In this document: one piece after another, positions 60,715 through 64,000 of the stretch
Position numbering within the stretch: position 1 is the stretch's first letter
Layout of the letters: the number at the start of each line of letters is the position of its first letter
Origin: Chiloscyllium plagiosum
Taxonomy: Eukaryota
DNA: 64,000 bases
Assembly (NCBI RefSeq): GCF_004010195.1
Contig: NC_057751.1
Location: 6,518,863 to 6,582,862 of the forward strand
Direction: 5' to 3'
Position numbers and translations under genes: made by a program
Notes under the pieces: model-generated
Database searches by the model: none
What the model was told of the DNA's origin: nothing
The model's input: only the letters and a program-made list of their open reading frames with translations

Positions 60715-63700
60715 TTTAAAAATCACTCATGGGACCTAGGTGTCACCAGCTGCCAGTATTTACTGTCCATTTCTACTTGCCCTTGAGACGGTGGTGGTGT
60801 ACAGTCCACATGCTGTAAGTTGAACCACAATACAGGGAATTCCAGAATTCAGACGAGCGACAGTGATATATTTCCAAGTCAGGATGATGAATGGCTTGGA
60901 GGGAGCTTGCATGTGGTGGTGTTCCCTTGTATCTGGCATCCTTGTCCTTCTAGATGGGAGTGGTTGTGGGTTTGGAATATGCTGTCTCTAGATCATTGAT
61001 GAATTTCTGTAATGCAGCTTGCAGGTAGTACACACAGGCACTACTGAGGTGTGATGATAGAGGGAGTGAATGTTTATGTATGTGATGCCAATGAAGAGGG
61101 CTGCTTTGTCATGAACAGTGTCAAGCTTGTTGAATGTTGTTGGAGCTGTGCCCATGCAGGTAAATGTCGTATTCCATCGCACTCATGACTTGTATCTTGA
61201 AGATGGTGGACAGGCTTTGGGAAGTCAGGAGGTAGTTACTTGTCACAGTGTGCCTCGGGTCTGACTTTCTTTTGTAGCCCCTGTATTTATGTTATATCTA
61301 GTTGAGTTTCTGGTCAATGGTAAACCCAAGGATGTTGACAACGGGGGATAGTAACCCCATTAAATTTCAAGGGGCAGTGGTTAGATTTTCTCTTATTGGA
61401 GATGATCATGGCCTGGCAGTTGTGTGGCATGAATGTTACTTGCCACTTGTCAGCCAAGCCTGGATATTGCCCAGATGTTGTTGCATTTAAACATGGACTG
61501 TATCAGTACCTGAGGAGTTGTGAATGATGCTGAACATTCTGCAATCATTGGCGAACATCCTATTTCTGACCTTATGATGAAGGGAAGTCATTAATAAGGG
61601 GGGGGTGAAGATGTTTGGGCTTTGGACACTACACTGAAGAACTGCAGAGATGTCCCGAGCCGAGATGACTGACCTCAAACAACCAGAAACATCTTCCTAT
61701 ATGCCAGGTACGATTTCAATCAGCAGAGAGTTTGCCCCTGATATATATTGATTCCATTTTCACTGAGTCGCCTTCATGCAAGGTTCAGTTAAATGTGGCC
61801 TTGATGTCAAGGGCTGTTACTATCACCACACCTCTGGAATTCGACTCTATTGTCCACATTTGAAGCAAAGCTGTGATAAGATCCTGATTGTCCGAGCAAA
61901 ACCCAAACTGGGTATTAATGAGTGAGTTATTCCTCAGTAAGTGCTGCTTGGTGGAACTTTTAATGACACCTTCCATCAATTTACTGGTGATTGAGAGTAG
62001 ACTGATTGGAGGTAATAGGCTGGGATGGAGTCATCCTGTTTTTTGTGTATAGTACATACCTGGGCAGTTCTCCAAATTGTTGGGTGGATGCCATTGTTGT
62101 AACTGTGCTGGAAAAACTTGGCGAGAGGAACCAGAAGTTCTAGAGTATGAGTCTTCAGCAGTATTGCTGCAATGCTTTCAGGCCCCTAGCCTTTGCAGTA
62201 TCCGGTGCCTCCAACTGTTGCTTGAGATCATGTGGAGTGAATCAAGTCGGGCAACAACTGGTCTATGTAATGGTAGGTACCCGCGGAGGATGCTGAGATG
62301 GATTATCCACTCAACACTTCTGGCCGAAGATTGCTGTGAATGCTTCAAGCATAATTTTTGCAATGATGAGTTGAGCTCTTCCATCATTGAGGATAGGGAT
62401 ATTTGTGGATCCTCCTTCTCCAGTGAATTGATTGATTGTCTGCCACAATTCATGACTGGTTATGGCAGCACTGCAGAGTTTAGATCTGATCCATTGATTG
62501 TGGGATTGGTTTGCTCTGCCTATCACTTGCTGCTTGTACTGTCCGGCATGTAAGTACTCCTGTTTGGTAGCTTCATCAGGTCGACACCTAACTTTTCAGT
62601 ATGCCTGATATATTCTGCACTCTCTATCGAAACAGGATTGACTCCCTGACTTGATGGTAATGGTTGAGTGTGGGCTATGGGGTTATGAGATTACCAATTG
62701 TGCTGGAGTATAATTCTGCTGCTGTTGATGGCTCACAGCGGCTCATGGAACCCAGTCTTGGGCTGCAACATCTGTTTGAAATCTGTCCGATTTAGTACAG
62801 TGATAATGCCATGCAACACAATGGAGGGTATTCTCAATGTGAAGGCAGGACTTCATCTCCACAAGGACTGTGCGCTGGTCACTCTTACCAACACTGCCAT
62901 GGACAGCTGCTTCTGCATCTGATAGATTGATAAGGATGAGGTAATTATCTATATATTTGGGATGCTATCTAGTTAACAGAAGTGGTCAGATGACTCAAAA
63001 GGAGCGGAGCTGGGGGCTCAGTCTTGTTCCAGCTGTTGTGAGTGTGAGCATCTAAGATAAAATGGTCCTGTTTGGTGTTTTACATGTGCCTCCCTTGTGT
63101 ATAATTACTGGTTCCCAGCGAATGACCAACTTAACAGAGAACAAGCATGCTTTTCCCTCACTACTTCCCACAAACCCAGCCTGGCAGTTACATCCTTTAG
63201 GAACTGACCAGCTCAGTCAGTAATGCTGTTACTCTTGATGGTGAACGTGAAAATCCCCCACCCAGAGGACATTTTGCCAGCCTCAGTGCTTCCTCCGAAT
63301 GTTGTTCAACGTGGAGAAGTACTGATTCATTAGCCAAGGGAGGACAGCATGTAATAATCAGAAGGAGGCTTCCTTGCCCGTGTTTAACCTGAAATCATGA
63401 TATTTCATGGGGTCAGGAGTCAATGTTGAGGATTCCCAAGGCAATTCTTTCCCAATGCAACATCACTGTTCCACCATTTGTGCTGGGTCTGTCATGCTAT
63501 TGGGAGAGAACATATCCAGGGATGGTGATGGTAGTATCTGGGATTTATCAGAACACTTCCATGAATATGACTGTGTCAGGCAGTTGCTGGACTAGTCTAT
63601 AAGACAGCTCGCCCAAGTTTGGCATTCGCCCCGAGATGGTAGTAATGAGGATTTTGCAGGGTTGACAGGGCTGTTTCTGCTGTTGTCTTTTCCAATATTC
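60715..63700 (-). mobile_element. CR1/L2-group non-LTR retrotransposon (clade uncertain), about 3 kb decayed ORF2
   Basis: TQFGF...DLITALLQMWTIESNSRGVVIVTALDIKATFN; RMFANDC (FADD-like); WQTINQFTGEGGSTNIPILNDG. Confidence 0.8.
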
Positions 63701-64000
63701 AAGTTGGTACCACGAGGTCCATGTATGCTTTTGTTATCCACAAAGGGATGCTCCAGTTTTCAATGTAACAGCAGTCTGAATTCAAAAGAAGTCATTACGG
63801 GTGAAGCAATGTGTTGTGACAAACTACACCTGAATATAAGCCTTTCTGAATAGGAGCATTATCACAAAGGAAATGCGATTCTGTATTTCTGAAAAAACCC
63901 TGATTACAATCTCCTGATGCTCCTCAGAAAATCTGACCCATTACAGCTATTTCCATTTATTCAATGAGTATGTTTGATCTATAGTCATCAATGTCTGACA

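Noticed and set aside
62077..62553. 158-aa plus-strand ORF
   Set aside because: Antisense to the decayed LINE ORF2.

Overview
Eukaryotic, AT-rich, repeat-dense DNA, very likely from a shark or other elasmobranch, judged from its HE1-type V-SINEs, CR1/HER1-type LINE tails and Deu-domain SINEs. It has five assembly gaps. By eye, well over half of the window is decayed transposable elements: CR1 LINEs, three SINE families, a second CR1/L2-group LINE, an L1/Tx1 element, an RTE fragment, Penelope-like elements (PLEs), solo LTRs, TA-flanked Tc1/mariner-type MITEs and PIF/Harbinger-like remnants. I can identify no host protein-coding gene, rRNA, tRNA gene or CRISPR array, and nearly all ORF-track entries are TE fragments or chance ORFs. 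The most interesting signal is about a dozen minimal hammerhead-ribozyme motifs, several with intact cores. They lie in short, often palindromic PLE-derived insertions flanked by 12-17 bp target-site duplications (TSDs). Also notable are an unexplained 84-bp hairpin, a fold-back element enclosing a spliceable ORF, SINE/LINE shared tails, a 71-bp templated insertion and a few weak unassigned exon candidates. All family names come from recognising the sequence by eye, not from database searches, and element boundaries are approximate.
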